Virus record (IMG/VR): IMGVR_UViG_3300011412_000006
Coordinates: 1-38,223 of that record
DNA from: a virus
Taxonomy: Duplodnaviria; Caudoviricetes
Length of the DNA stretch: 38,223 nucleotides
Reading direction: 5' to 3' (one strand)
In this document: piece by piece, positions 1-9,213 of the stretch
How the letters are laid out: each line of letters opens with the position of its first letter
Position numbering within the stretch: position 1 is the stretch's first letter
Position numbers and translations under genes: made by a program
The notes under the pieces: model-generated
Seen by the model: only the letters and a program-made list of their open reading frames with translations
Databases searched by the model: none
What the model was told of the DNA's origin: nothing

Positions 1-123
1 CAATCTCGATACACAGCGTGGCCGTGAGGCTTTCAGTGATATCGAGTTTGGCATCATCGACGAGTTCAGTATTGGTTATCGCGTCATTCGCGAGACGATG
101 GATAACGATACAGGTGCACGAGA
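1..123. repeat. Terminal direct repeat, copy 1 (circular assembly overlap)
   Basis: Bases 1-123 are identical to 38101-38223 and an ORF reads through the junction. Confidence 0.97.
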
Positions 124-505
124 ACTGCACGAGCTCGAACTATTTGAGTTCTCACCTGTCTTGGTTGGGATGAACCCGGAGACAGAGTTGTTACGAGTCA
201 AGCAAGGCGTGGCTCCCACGTTTGCGGATCAAGCGGCAAACACACTAGCAGTGATTGCCAGCTTCACATCAATCGGGAAGGCAATGGCATCAGCACGCGC
301 TAAAGAAGGGCGCGTAATCTCAGCCGTCAATCGCACTCGCATACGTGCCGCCACGGATGCGATTCGAGGTATGCAGGTACTCGCAGATGATCTCGATGCA
401 CTGCTTGAGCTCGCAGAACCGGAGAAAGAGAAAGCGAATGATGATGAGGTGCGGATGCTATATGCAGAGTTTTTAAGATCGCAGCAAATCTATGGGAGCA
501 AATGA
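2..505 (+). CDS. HK97-family prohead protease, 3' part (starts at 37832, crosses the origin; ~257 aa in total)
   Basis: In frame with ATG 37832 after circularisation. Motifs FSIGY and ELFEFSPVLVGMNPET; directly upstream of the capsid gene. Confidence 0.92.
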   Translation, partial: NLDTQRGREAFSDIEFGIIDEFSIGYRVIRETMDNDTGARELHELELFEFSPVLVGMNPETELLRVKQGVAPTFADQAANTLAVIASFTSIGKAMASARAKEGRVISAVNRTRIRAATDAIRGMQVLADDLDALLELAEPEKEKANDDEVRMLYAEFLRSQQIYGSK

Positions 506-1752
506 TGAGTGAATATTCTGGAAAGTCAGGGCGAGAACTCGAAGCACTGCGAGCGGCAAAGGCTGCCGAGTGGCAGAAGATAATGGACGACAACTCAGTT
601 GAGAAGGATGGCAAGAAGGTTGCCAATCTGACCGGCGATCAACTGAATGATCTACGTACTCGACACGCCGAACTCGATGCAATTGGCAAGGCACGTGATG
701 AGCAACTGAACCTTGAGAAGATGAACGATAGCGTCAAGAGCATCATTGAGGATGCTAAGCAGATCGTGCGACCGAACTTTGGCGGCAATGGCGGCAGCAG
801 TAACGTCTCAGTCAAGAGTGATGATCGGAGTTACGCGCAGCAGTTTGTTGAGTCAAAGCAGTATCAGGATTATCTCAGGCATCATCCGCAGGAGTCGCAG
901 GAATACGATACAGGCATCTCGATGAAGGTACTGACGACTGGGACCTCGTGGGCTCCACAGGCTGTACGCGCTCCGCTCGTTGTGCCGTATGCAACGCGAC
1001 CGATTCAGGTAACTGATCTCATCCCGACAATTCAAACAAATCAGAATGCGTATGTGTACATGGAAGAAACCACGTTCACGAACGCAGCAATTGAGATTGC
1101 AGAAGGTGCAGCCAAGCCGGAGGCGAACTTGGCATTGACGCAGCGCACAGCACCGATCCGCAAGATAGCGGTTTACATTGCTGTCACTGATGAGCAACTC
1201 GAAGACGTGCCCGGTATGCAGCAATACTTGGAGCAGCGACTTGGGTTCATGGTGCGTCAGCGTCTCGACAGTCAGATACTCGTGGGCACTGGTATTGCTC
1301 CCAACCTGCTTGGCATTCTCAACGTCGTTGGCATACAGACGCAGGCAAAGGGTGCTGATCCAACGCCTGATGCGATCTATAAGGCAATGACCAAGATTGA
1401 AGTCACTGGTCAGGCAATTCCAAGTGCGGTTGTACTTCATCCGAACGACTGGCAAGAGATCAGACTACTCAGAACAACGGATGGTATTTATATCTGGGGC
1501 AGCCCAAGTGAAGCTGGTCCGGAGCGTATCTGGGGCTTGCCAGTAGTGAAGGCACAGGGACTGACAGAAGGCACAGGCGTCGTTGGTGACTTCGACAACT
1601 TCTCACTGCTCGTTGAGCGCAAAGGTTTGACACTGAAGATTGGCTACAATGCCGATGACTTCACAAAGAACCAGCGCACAGTGATTGCAGAGATGCGCGT
1701 TGCGTTCGTGGTTACACGCCCAAGTGCATTTTGCTCGGTCACTGGGATCTAG
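502..1752 (+). CDS. HK97-fold major capsid protein with N-terminal coiled-coil (delta/scaffold) domain
   Basis: 416 aa; AEGAAKPE, VTDEQLED, LHPNDW, IWGLPVV, GDF, EMRVAFVVTRPSAF motifs; follows the protease. Confidence 0.95.
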   Translation: MMSEYSGKSGRELEALRAAKAAEWQKIMDDNSVEKDGKKVANLTGDQLNDLRTRHAELDAIGKARDEQLNLEKMNDSVKSIIEDAKQIVRPNFGGNGGSSNVSVKSDDRSYAQQFVESKQYQDYLRHHPQESQEYDTGISMKVLTTGTSWAPQAVRAPLVVPYATRPIQVTDLIPTIQTNQNAYVYMEETTFTNAAIEIAEGAAKPEANLALTQRTAPIRKIAVYIAVTDEQLEDVPGMQQYLEQRLGFMVRQRLDSQILVGTGIAPNLLGILNVVGIQTQAKGADPTPDAIYKAMTKIEVTGQAIPSAVVLHPNDWQEIRLLRTTDGIYIWGSPSEAGPERIWGLPVVKAQGLTEGTGVVGDFDNFSLLVERKGLTLKIGYNADDFTKNQRTVIAEMRVAFVVTRPSAFCSVTGI

Positions 1753-1795
1753 TTTATGTATTGACACCGTAATCGTGCATTGAAAGGGAAATAAT

Positions 1796-2311
1796 ATGCC
1801 AATCATCGAAGGATCAATGGGAATGCTGTCATATGCCGGAACACCTGCATCCGGCGTAACTGAGGTGCAGACGCTCACATTTGGCGGCACAATTACGGGC
1901 GGTGGCTTTGCGTTGACGTTTCAAGGTGGAACCACTGCATCGATTACTTGGAGCAGCACCAATACGACGCTCGTTGCTGCGATTGATGCAGCACTCGAAG
2001 CATTGCCCAATATTGGAACTGGCAATGTCACGGTAGCGGTTGGAACGATGACAGCCGGCATCGGAACGATTACTGTGACTTTTGCCGGAACACTTGCCAA
2101 CAAGGATGTTGGTGAACTCACGATAGCCGCCAATACACTGACTGGCACAGCACCAACTTTGACAGTCACGCAGACAACTGCTGGTGTGTCTCCGGGCGGC
2201 GTGGGTGCATCCAAAGGACAGCTGCTAGCCGATACGACTAACGGCATCCTTTACATCAACACCGGGACGAGCGCAGTGCCAACTTGGACGAAAGTTGGTA
2301 CTCAGACTTAG
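1796..2311 (+). CDS. Putative head decoration/head-fiber protein
   Basis: T/G/A-rich beta-structured 171 aa directly after the capsid gene; C-terminal DTTNGILYINTGT..W segment typical of small trimeric virion proteins. Confidence 0.6.
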   Translation: MPIIEGSMGMLSYAGTPASGVTEVQTLTFGGTITGGGFALTFQGGTTASITWSSTNTTLVAAIDAALEALPNIGTGNVTVAVGTMTAGIGTITVTFAGTLANKDVGELTIAANTLTGTAPTLTVTQTTAGVSPGGVGASKGQLLADTTNGILYINTGTSAVPTWTKVGTQT

Positions 2312-2318
2312 AAGCATT

Positions 2319-2588
2319 ATGATTTCAGATCGTCGTTTATTTCTAACTGCTGATAAACGCTCTATCGTTGAGGAGGGCGACACTCGTGCCGCCTTCCTCT
2401 TTTGTTTAAAGGGCGACTACTACGACGAAGTTGAAGCGGCAAAGTTTGGCTGGCCACCTGCACCTAAAGTAGAACCTGAAGCTAAAGCAATGCTTGAACC
2501 GCCAAGCAATAAAGCAGTCGAGTGGCCGCCTGAAGTCAAGAAGAGCAACCGACCAAGATTGATTCGCAGAGGTGCGCGTCGTGGCTGA
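2319..2588 (+). CDS. Hypothetical protein (head module)
   Basis: Tightly packed ORF; ATG 2319 preferred over TTG 2295; Pro/Lys-rich tail. Confidence 0.65.
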   Translation: MISDRRLFLTADKRSIVEEGDTRAAFLFCLKGDYYDEVEAAKFGWPPAPKVEPEAKAMLEPPSNKAVEWPPEVKKSNRPRLIRRGARRG

Positions 2589-3063
2589 TCTGACTTTTGC
2601 AGAGATGAAAGAACAGGCATTTGAGCAATTCCTGCTCTATGCAGAGCCGTGCTGTGATCCGTCAATAGAAGGCTTAGAACTGTCGATACTCTCAAGACAT
2701 ATGAGAGCAAGCATCTGGTTGCCAAACACCGCCTACGTGCTCGGAGACGTCATCCAGACGTATCCTAGAAGCGGCTACAGATATGGATGTATTGTATCGG
2801 GCAGTTCCGGAGCACTTGTTTGGCCGACTCCCTATACGAGCAGCTGGTCATTTACTGATGGAACAGTCGTGTGGCGTGAGTGCGGATCAGATTATGAGAA
2901 TGTGTTTGACGTCAGGGCGGCGGTTCATGAGGCGTGGACGATCAAGGCAAGTCGTTCATCGCATCTCGTGACAACTGCAACTAGCGGCTCAAGCGTTCAA
3001 GCATCGCTGCTCCACCAACAGTGTCGAGCGCGTGCAATAGAGTTTGCACCTTTGGATCTATAA
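2581..3063 (+). CDS. Putative head-tail adaptor with an inserted CBM5/12-like module
   Basis: Synteny; C-terminal DVRAAVHEAWTIKA helix; internal WLPNTAYVLGD...YGC...DGTVVW insert. GTG 2581 follows GAGG. Confidence 0.55.
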   Translation: MADLTFAEMKEQAFEQFLLYAEPCCDPSIEGLELSILSRHMRASIWLPNTAYVLGDVIQTYPRSGYRYGCIVSGSSGALVWPTPYTSSWSFTDGTVVWRECGSDYENVFDVRAAVHEAWTIKASRSSHLVTTATSGSSVQASLLHQQCRARAIEFAPLDL

Positions 3064-3105
3064 CTCGCGGCGTTTCTAAAGTTCAAGCTTAATGGCGGTA
3101 ACTTT

Positions 3106-3471
3106 ATGGGATGTTTGACTATAGCAGAACTGTATCAACAGCAACTTGATAATGTCATCGCTACAGTTGGCGCAACTGTCACTTACTATCCAGCAGTCTT
3201 AACAGGTTATTCCACATCGACACAGGCACGCATACCAAGTGAAGGCGCGGCAGTGCCGGTGCTTGGCGTATTCGGGCAGGAGCGTGTCTATTCGCCTGAA
3301 GGTGCGATCACGTACTCAAACACATTCAGCATTGCCAGTGGTTCTTATAGTGGCGTGCCCAGTCCGGGTGATCGCATCGAGCATGGCGGCATAAGCTATC
3401 GCGTGGTCGAGCTCAAGCGTGATTACTTTGGCAGTGTGCTCACGAACTACGTGCTCACTTTGGGAAATTAA
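3106..3471 (+). CDS. Putative head-closure (head-tail joining) protein
   Basis: 121 aa, beta-rich, PSPGDRIEHGGISYRVV motif; synteny. Confidence 0.65.
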   Translation: MGCLTIAELYQQQLDNVIATVGATVTYYPAVLTGYSTSTQARIPSEGAAVPVLGVFGQERVYSPEGAITYSNTFSIASGSYSGVPSPGDRIEHGGISYRVVELKRDYFGSVLTNYVLTLGN

Positions 3472-3474
3472 AGA

Positions 3475-4128
3475 ATGCTTGTACTTCTAGACACATCACA
3501 CGATTTGGCGGTAGCGGCATCTGAATTAGGCATGGATGTCGGACAGTTCATCACACCACTTACAAGATATGCGAATAGAGGCGGTAAATTTGCGATAGAT
3601 AACGGCGGGTTTTCTCAATGTGATCCTGCTGGTTTTATTAGTTTGTTAGAACGTGAGAAACCGAACATGCAGCAATGCATATTCGTGGCAGTACCGGATG
3701 TCGTCGGAGATGCACGCAGGACTGGTGAGTTGTTTGAGCACTGGCACTGGAAAATGCCCGGTTGTCCTCTTGCCTTTGTAGCACAGGATGGGCAGCAGGA
3801 TTTGCCCATACCTTGGAAGTTAATAAATGCAATTTTTATCGGTGGTAGTACGCAATTCAAAATGTCGCGTCATGCCGAGGCCATTATTAAGTGTGCTCAA
3901 TGGCAGCAGAAATGGGTGCATGTAGGCAGAGTCAATGGCGCTGGCCCAGTCAGACATTTTGAAAAGTTAAATGTAGACAGCATAGATGGCACGGGTCTGA
4001 GCCGTTACTCTCATATGCGTGAGACAGTACGATTAAGGCACGATTCGCCTCAGTTGCATTTGTTATCAGAATACGAGATCAGTAATGGCATCGAAATCCA
4101 ATTACAAAGCCGTACTCACCAAGACTGA
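3475..4128 (+). CDS. TGT-fold (DpdA-like) base-exchange enzyme
   Basis: Ordered motifs IDNGGFS, VPDVVGD, VAQDG, FIGG, VHVG, DSIDGT match the tRNA-guanine transglycosylase barrel active-site pattern. Confidence 0.7.
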   Translation: MLVLLDTSHDLAVAASELGMDVGQFITPLTRYANRGGKFAIDNGGFSQCDPAGFISLLEREKPNMQQCIFVAVPDVVGDARRTGELFEHWHWKMPGCPLAFVAQDGQQDLPIPWKLINAIFIGGSTQFKMSRHAEAIIKCAQWQQKWVHVGRVNGAGPVRHFEKLNVDSIDGTGLSRYSHMRETVRLRHDSPQLHLLSEYEISNGIEIQLQSRTHQD

Positions 4129-4516
4129 GAAGGATATGCGAAAGCGTATCAATAGCGCACTGCAACTGACAGCACTCAGTGCCATCAATCAGATGATCGA
4201 CTTGACTCCGGTCAAGACAGGCGCGGCGAAGTTTCATTGGTTTGTGCGTGCATTGCCCGACGAGAACTTTGACAAAGAGCGAACCGATCCAAGCGGCGCA
4301 CAGCCAAAGGCAAGAGCCAAGCGTGATGTGAAACTATTCAAAGCAGGAATGCGTGTATGGCTCGTGAATGCTGCACCCTATTTCAAGTACCTCGAAGCAG
4401 GCTCATCACAGCAAGCACCTGAAGGGATAGTCAACATTGTCAAAGCTGATATGCAGTCAAGATGGCATCGAATGTTGAGCGTTGCATTCTCACGACCGAC
4501 AGGCAGTAACGAATGA
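4085..4516 (+). CDS. HK97 gp10-like tail completion/neck protein
   Basis: TPVKTG, NAAPYFKYLEAGSSQQAPEG motifs; basic; synteny. Confidence 0.85.
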   Translation: MASKSNYKAVLTKTEKDMRKRINSALQLTALSAINQMIDLTPVKTGAAKFHWFVRALPDENFDKERTDPSGAQPKARAKRDVKLFKAGMRVWLVNAAPYFKYLEAGSSQQAPEGIVNIVKADMQSRWHRMLSVAFSRPTGSNE

Positions 4517-4716
4517 GCGACCAACCAACTATTGATGTCTACGTGTTGACTGAGAGTGAACTTCAGCAGAAGAACCGAGACGCGATTCGTGCCTTCATTG
4601 AACGAGTCGAGAAGCGGTTGCCGGATTACGACACTGGTCGAGGTGCTGACGCGATGCTGAAAGCGTATCGACAAGCTGTATATGATGAACTCATTGCGAT
4701 GGGAGAGAGTGAGTGA
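4513..4716 (+). CDS. Small hypothetical protein, paralog of 22146..22460
   Basis: ATGA/GTGA overlaps with both neighbours; shares PTID, AxRAFxERVxKR and ELxAM blocks with 22146..22460. Confidence 0.7.
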   Translation: MSDQPTIDVYVLTESELQQKNRDAIRAFIERVEKRLPDYDTGRGADAMLKAYRQAVYDELIAMGESE

Positions 4717-5159
4717 GTTACAACATCGCAACAGCAACCGCAGACATACGCGCAATCCTCGATGGCGTAGTTGCTTCGACGTGGACTGCACTCGGCTACA
4801 CAGTTGACACTATCGAATGGCCGAATACCTACTTCGTGAAACCGGGCAATGGCGCATGGATGCGCGTCACATATCCGCAACAAACAACCATTCCATTCAC
4901 GTATAGCGGCACTGGCGGTGTTGCACAGAATCAGACGACAGCACTGTTAGCTATACAGGTATTCGCGCCACGCAATGCCGGTGACTTCATCCTGATAGCT
5001 GCTGTTGATGCATTCCGCGCACGCTTCGAGCGACAGTCATTCGCAGATGGGATTCGGTTCAGTGAAGCGTCAGGACCGAACGACACTGCATTTGAACCAC
5101 AATGGGCGGGACGAGCACTTATCTTTCCGTTCAATTACATCGAGAACATTCAACTTTAA
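4713..5159 (+). CDS. Putative tail terminator protein
   Basis: 148 aa directly before the tail tube; IEWPN, WMRV, IQVFAPRNAG pattern. Confidence 0.75.
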   Translation: MSYNIATATADIRAILDGVVASTWTALGYTVDTIEWPNTYFVKPGNGAWMRVTYPQQTTIPFTYSGTGGVAQNQTTALLAIQVFAPRNAGDFILIAAVDAFRARFERQSFADGIRFSEASGPNDTAFEPQWAGRALIFPFNYIENIQL

Positions 5160-5170
5160 GGAGAGCGATC

Positions 5171-6109
5171 ATGCCTGATCCCGCATTATTATCGAATACT
5201 ATCGTCGGCATTCAACGCGAGACAGTGCGTGGCACTGCTCCCACGACAGGTGTATATGCAGCCGTACCATTCCTTGATGGCATCAGTTTCTCGTATGAGT
5301 CATCACCGACTGAGTTCGATGTATACGATGGCACGAGAATGAAGTCGTTCACCGTCGGTGGCTCTCGTGCGGCACGCATCACACTTCCCACAGTAATGAA
5401 CTATGAGCAAGGGCAGCAGGACTTGCTGCGAGCTCTGCTGCACGCTGCACCATGGGCAGCTGGTTCAATCGTTGCTGATGCGGATGCTGGTTATTACTTC
5501 ACTATCGTCGCCAAGATGGAATTGAGTACTGGTGATGACTACATCATTTTCACTGGATGTGAAGTAGCAAGCGCAACGATTGATATGCCGCTCAATGACA
5601 AGGTGAGCGTCAACTACGACATCTTTGGATTGGCACAGACTGTTGGGACTGCGCTGCCCGGAAGCGCAACCATCGGGACACTGACCGGCAAGTCTCCATT
5701 CACGACTGGTTTCACTGGCGCACAGGCAACGTGGAATGCATTGCCGGTTCCGGGTGCATTCACTGCATCTGTAACAGTCGATAACCAAGCTGATCCAAAG
5801 TACGCTTGGGGCAGCGCGTCAGCAGATCACATCATCAACAAGAACCTCAAAGTCACAGGCAGTCTCGAAGTCTACTATCGTGATGATGCATTCATTGTTG
5901 ATTCAATTGCAGGCACGCTCAGACCACTGACGTTTGTGCTCAAGTGCTCTGAAGGTGCAGCCGAGGACACAATGACACTCAACTTTCCAAAGGCGCTTGC
6001 AGTCAATGCACCTGTCAGTGATTCGGCTGGCTCGATGGCAAGCGCAGTGGACTTTCGCGCTCAGTATGATTCGGTGCTCACAAGCGTGATGAGCATTCTC
6101 GTTGCATAA
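5171..6109 (+). CDS. Major tail tube protein
   Basis: ATG 5171 after AAGGAG; beta-rich 312 aa; VTGSLEVYY and LNFPK segments; precedes chaperone and tape measure. Confidence 0.85.
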   Translation: MPDPALLSNTIVGIQRETVRGTAPTTGVYAAVPFLDGISFSYESSPTEFDVYDGTRMKSFTVGGSRAARITLPTVMNYEQGQQDLLRALLHAAPWAAGSIVADADAGYYFTIVAKMELSTGDDYIIFTGCEVASATIDMPLNDKVSVNYDIFGLAQTVGTALPGSATIGTLTGKSPFTTGFTGAQATWNALPVPGAFTASVTVDNQADPKYAWGSASADHIINKNLKVTGSLEVYYRDDAFIVDSIAGTLRPLTFVLKCSEGAAEDTMTLNFPKALAVNAPVSDSAGSMASAVDFRAQYDSVLTSVMSILVA

Positions 6110-6118
6110 GGAAAACAT

Positions 6119-6616
6119 ATGGCTGATTTTGGACAACTGGCAACTGCAGTTAAAGAATGGCAGGAATCGAGCGCGTGGTGCGTATTGATGGACCCAAGAA
6201 CAGACAAGCCTATAGGTGATCCACCGGCACGAGTGCTGCTGATGTCACCAATGTCAGAGCGATGGGAGAAGCTTGAGAAGTCATATCAGGCACAGATTCG
6301 ACTCGCGCATCAGAACGGGCAGCGACTCTACACAGTCGAGGATGTTGAGCGATTCGAGCAGCATCGCCTGCAATGCTACATCGCAGTCACTCGTGAGTGG
6401 CAGAACATTGAGCGCGATGGTGAGCCGCTGGCCTGTACGCCCATCAATATGGAGTGGCTGTATTCAATGAAGTGGATTGCAAGTCAGTTGCTCATGTTTA
6501 TGTCTGACCTCTCGAACTTTGGCGCACCTGTTGGGACAGAGAACCCAGTCGTGCTCGACATCATTGCAGACAGCGAAAAAAAATTCTCGACTGGTGCTGC
6601 TGGCACTTTGCAGTAA
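6119..6616 (+). CDS. Tail assembly chaperone (lambda gpG analogue)
   Basis: Between tube and tape measure genes; A8 slippery run near its 3' end. Confidence 0.85.
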   Translation: MADFGQLATAVKEWQESSAWCVLMDPRTDKPIGDPPARVLLMSPMSERWEKLEKSYQAQIRLAHQNGQRLYTVEDVERFEQHRLQCYIAVTREWQNIERDGEPLACTPINMEWLYSMKWIASQLLMFMSDLSNFGAPVGTENPVVLDIIADSEKKFSTGAAGTLQ

Positions 6617-6972
6617 CCAATAAACTGTATGTCTCAACACTGCGTGCAGAGTTCAGGAACAACGAAGGCTCGAAGCTGGTTGAGGTCAACCGCAGAGCGC
6701 AGCGCATTCCAAGAAGCGAACGCGAGCCGATATATCCGGAGAGTCACGCCTATCTGTTCTCAATCTTTCACGACCTGCACGCAAGCCGAACGCATAATGG
6801 GTTCTCATACAATCCAATCACATATGTTGAGCTCGATGCATATCAGCGATTGACCGAACAGCGACTAAGCGTATGGGAAGTGCGCACACTAAAAAAGATG
6901 GATGGCTACTTTCTGACAGCAGTTAACAAGTCACAGGAAGTGAATAGCAAGACGATAGCGAAGCGCAAATAA
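6583..6972 (+). CDS. -1 frameshift extension of the tail chaperone (gpGT analogue); not in the ORF track
   Basis: The -1 frame after A_AAA_AAA (6577-6583) is open for 129 codons (ILDWCCWHF...NPITYVELDAYQRL...WEVRTLKKMDGYFL...KRK*) and stops 2 nt before the tape measure ATG. Confidence 0.85.
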   Translation: MLDWCCWHFAVTNKLYVSTLRAEFRNNEGSKLVEVNRRAQRIPRSEREPIYPESHAYLFSIFHDLHASRTHNGFSYNPITYVELDAYQRLTEQRLSVWEVRTLKKMDGYFLTAVNKSQEVNSKTIAKRK

Positions 6973-6974
6973 AT

Positions 6975-9113
6975 ATGGCCGATCTTGCAGTAGTCAGTCT
7001 AGCAATTGATTCAAGCGGCGTGGCAAAGGGTGAGAAAGACGCATCTCGTCATCTGCAACTTATGCAGACAAAGATGGCTGAGATGGAAAAACAGCTTGAG
7101 TCGTTAAATAAAAAACTTGCTGACAATGCTAAAAAGACTGCCGATGACATGAAAAAAGTCAGCGATGCGGCAGGCAAGATGGGTGGCGCGCTCAATCATC
7201 TTGGCGGCAATGTCGGGTCAGTTACTACTCAGCTTGGGCCGCTTGGCAATGCACTCGATGCAGTGCAGACCTACATTGCTAAGTTTGGTCTGGCCGGTGG
7301 TCTGGCAGCAAGTGCTGTTGCAGGACTAACCGCGATAGCAGGTGCATTGACTGCGCTTACGATCAGTGGTGTTGGCGTCAGTGATTCGATGGGCGACATC
7401 GCTGAGTCTACTGGATTGTCACTCGATGCAGTGCAGCGGCTCGCAGCTGCAGCCTCACTCAGTGGTGAGGACATGGGCATCATTGAGAAAGCATTCAAGA
7501 CTTATACGAGTGCGGTCATTGAAGCACAGGATCCAACGAGCAAAGCAGCGAAGGCATTCAAGGCACTCGGTATTGATTCAAAGGCTGCAGGTGATGACGT
7601 AGAGAAATCGTTTCTTGATTCAATAGTTCAACTCAAGAAGTTTCGAGAGACTGCAGTTGGTGCCGAAGCATCAACGTTGTTGTTTAGCAAGGGCGTGTTT
7701 TCACTCACGCGAGTTGCTGACAATCTCGGACTGACACTCAAGAGCAGCCGAAAGGAACTTGAAGATAGTTTCATAGTCGCTACCGAAGCAGGCGTCATTG
7801 CAGGTGGTCGGCTCGATGCGCAGATGAATAAGCTGAATACTACGTGGACGGTATTCACGCAGAATCTCGCAGCAACCAATGTTGGCACGATCATCGAAAC
7901 ATCTCTCGCAGGCGGCATCAGTGCATTAGGTGCTTTGCTGTCTATGTTGCAGCAAATTGAAAAGAACCCATATGCGAAAATTGTCTTGTTAGGTGTAGGA
8001 CTGAATGTTGTTGGTCCCGTAGCTTTTGCTGGCGCAAAAACTAAACCAGTGGATCGCGCAAAATTGCTGGAACCCGGACCCGCAATTGCTTCTCGTGGCG
8101 ATACTCTGGGCGTGAAGAAAGGACTGGGACTTGGTGATTACATTCCACCAGCAGGTGCTGCAGCGAAAGCTGGCAAGGATGCAGCAGTGAAAGCGGAGGA
8201 AGAATTTCAAAAGGCAAGACTCGCGGCTGCACGCGAAGGCAGCAAGCTGATGCAGGATCAGTTTGATAAGAACATCGATGCATTGACGAAAAGCTATGAT
8301 GAGATGATGCAGGCGCACAAGACGAGTGTGGAGGATGCGCGCGTTGAGTTAGGTGAACGAGTCGGCAAGCTTGCGAAAGGTGTGCCGCTCGTGATTCCGG
8401 GCGCACCTCCGGGCGTTGGTGGCACGACCATTCCCGGTGAGTTACAGCCGAAAGGACCACCGGCTGATACGATCCGCACTGAACAGCAAGCAGCACTCGA
8501 TGAACAATTCGCATCTATCTTCGATGGCTTCCTCTTTAGTGTTCTGACAGCACAGAAGTCGCTGGGCGAAGCATTCGGTGATCTGGCGCTTGGTATTGTT
8601 GACACGTTCGCTATCGAGTTTTCGAAGGCAATGCGTGAGGCATTTATTACGCCCATCATCAAGGGACTGACTGATCTTCTCGTCAGTGGGCTGAAGTCAA
8701 TACTTGCATCGGTGCAGGGACAGTTAACCGGCGGCGGCGGTACTGGATTCTGGGCAGGACTGCTTGGCTCTATCTTAGGCGGTGCAGCGAGTGGTCTGGG
8801 CGGTGCAAAGGTGGGCACACCATCGCTCGCTCATATCAGGGCACTTGGAGGTGCAAGATATTTTGCTGAAGGTGGCACGTTATATCCGGGTAAGTTCGGC
8901 ATCGTGGGCGAGCGCGGTCCGGAGCTCATATTCGCTGCCAGTCAGCCAATGCATATAGCACCATTGACCGGAGGCGGAGCCGGTAGCACAACCACTATCA
9001 ATTTTGCGGTCACCACGCCGAATGGTCAGATTGACAGGCGCACGCAGGATCAGATGGCGACTCAGGTTTATAACGCAGTGCAGCGAGCACAAAGGAATCA
9101 GGGCAGCAGGTAG
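6975..9113 (+). CDS. Tail tape measure protein
   Basis: 712 aa, Ala/Gly/Leu-rich and helical; C-terminal FAEGG...GIVGERGPELI motif. Confidence 0.92.
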   Translation: MADLAVVSLAIDSSGVAKGEKDASRHLQLMQTKMAEMEKQLESLNKKLADNAKKTADDMKKVSDAAGKMGGALNHLGGNVGSVTTQLGPLGNALDAVQTYIAKFGLAGGLAASAVAGLTAIAGALTALTISGVGVSDSMGDIAESTGLSLDAVQRLAAAASLSGEDMGIIEKAFKTYTSAVIEAQDPTSKAAKAFKALGIDSKAAGDDVEKSFLDSIVQLKKFRETAVGAEASTLLFSKGVFSLTRVADNLGLTLKSSRKELEDSFIVATEAGVIAGGRLDAQMNKLNTTWTVFTQNLAATNVGTIIETSLAGGISALGALLSMLQQIEKNPYAKIVLLGVGLNVVGPVAFAGAKTKPVDRAKLLEPGPAIASRGDTLGVKKGLGLGDYIPPAGAAAKAGKDAAVKAEEEFQKARLAAAREGSKLMQDQFDKNIDALTKSYDEMMQAHKTSVEDARVELGERVGKLAKGVPLVIPGAPPGVGGTTIPGELQPKGPPADTIRTEQQAALDEQFASIFDGFLFSVLTAQKSLGEAFGDLALGIVDTFAIEFSKAMREAFITPIIKGLTDLLVSGLKSILASVQGQLTGGGGTGFWAGLLGSILGGAASGLGGAKVGTPSLAHIRALGGARYFAEGGTLYPGKFGIVGERGPELIFAASQPMHIAPLTGGGAGSTTTINFAVTTPNGQIDRRTQDQMATQVYNAVQRAQRNQGSR

Positions 9114-9117
9114 AAAC

Positions 9118-9162
9118 AAAGCGGCCCGAGGGAATCTAGTGGAAAACCTCGGGCGGCTTTTT
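9118..9162 (+). terminator. Intrinsic terminator-like hairpin after the tape measure gene
   Basis: GCCCGAGG (9124-9131) / CCTCGGGC (9147-9154) stem, 15-nt loop, then GGCTTTTT. Confidence 0.65.
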
Positions 9163-9213
9163 CAACAGTTGCTCGTTGCCACGATCAAGTGTTGTTGAGC
9201 AGAGAATAACAGA

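Noticed and set aside
1761-1790. TTGACA after the capsid gene as a promoter
   Set aside because: No acceptable -10 element 16-18 nt downstream.
6629-6853. 74-aa ORF from the track between chaperone and tape measure
   Set aside because: Wrong frame; the -1 frameshift frame (6583-6972) fills the gap and carries chaperone-like motifs.
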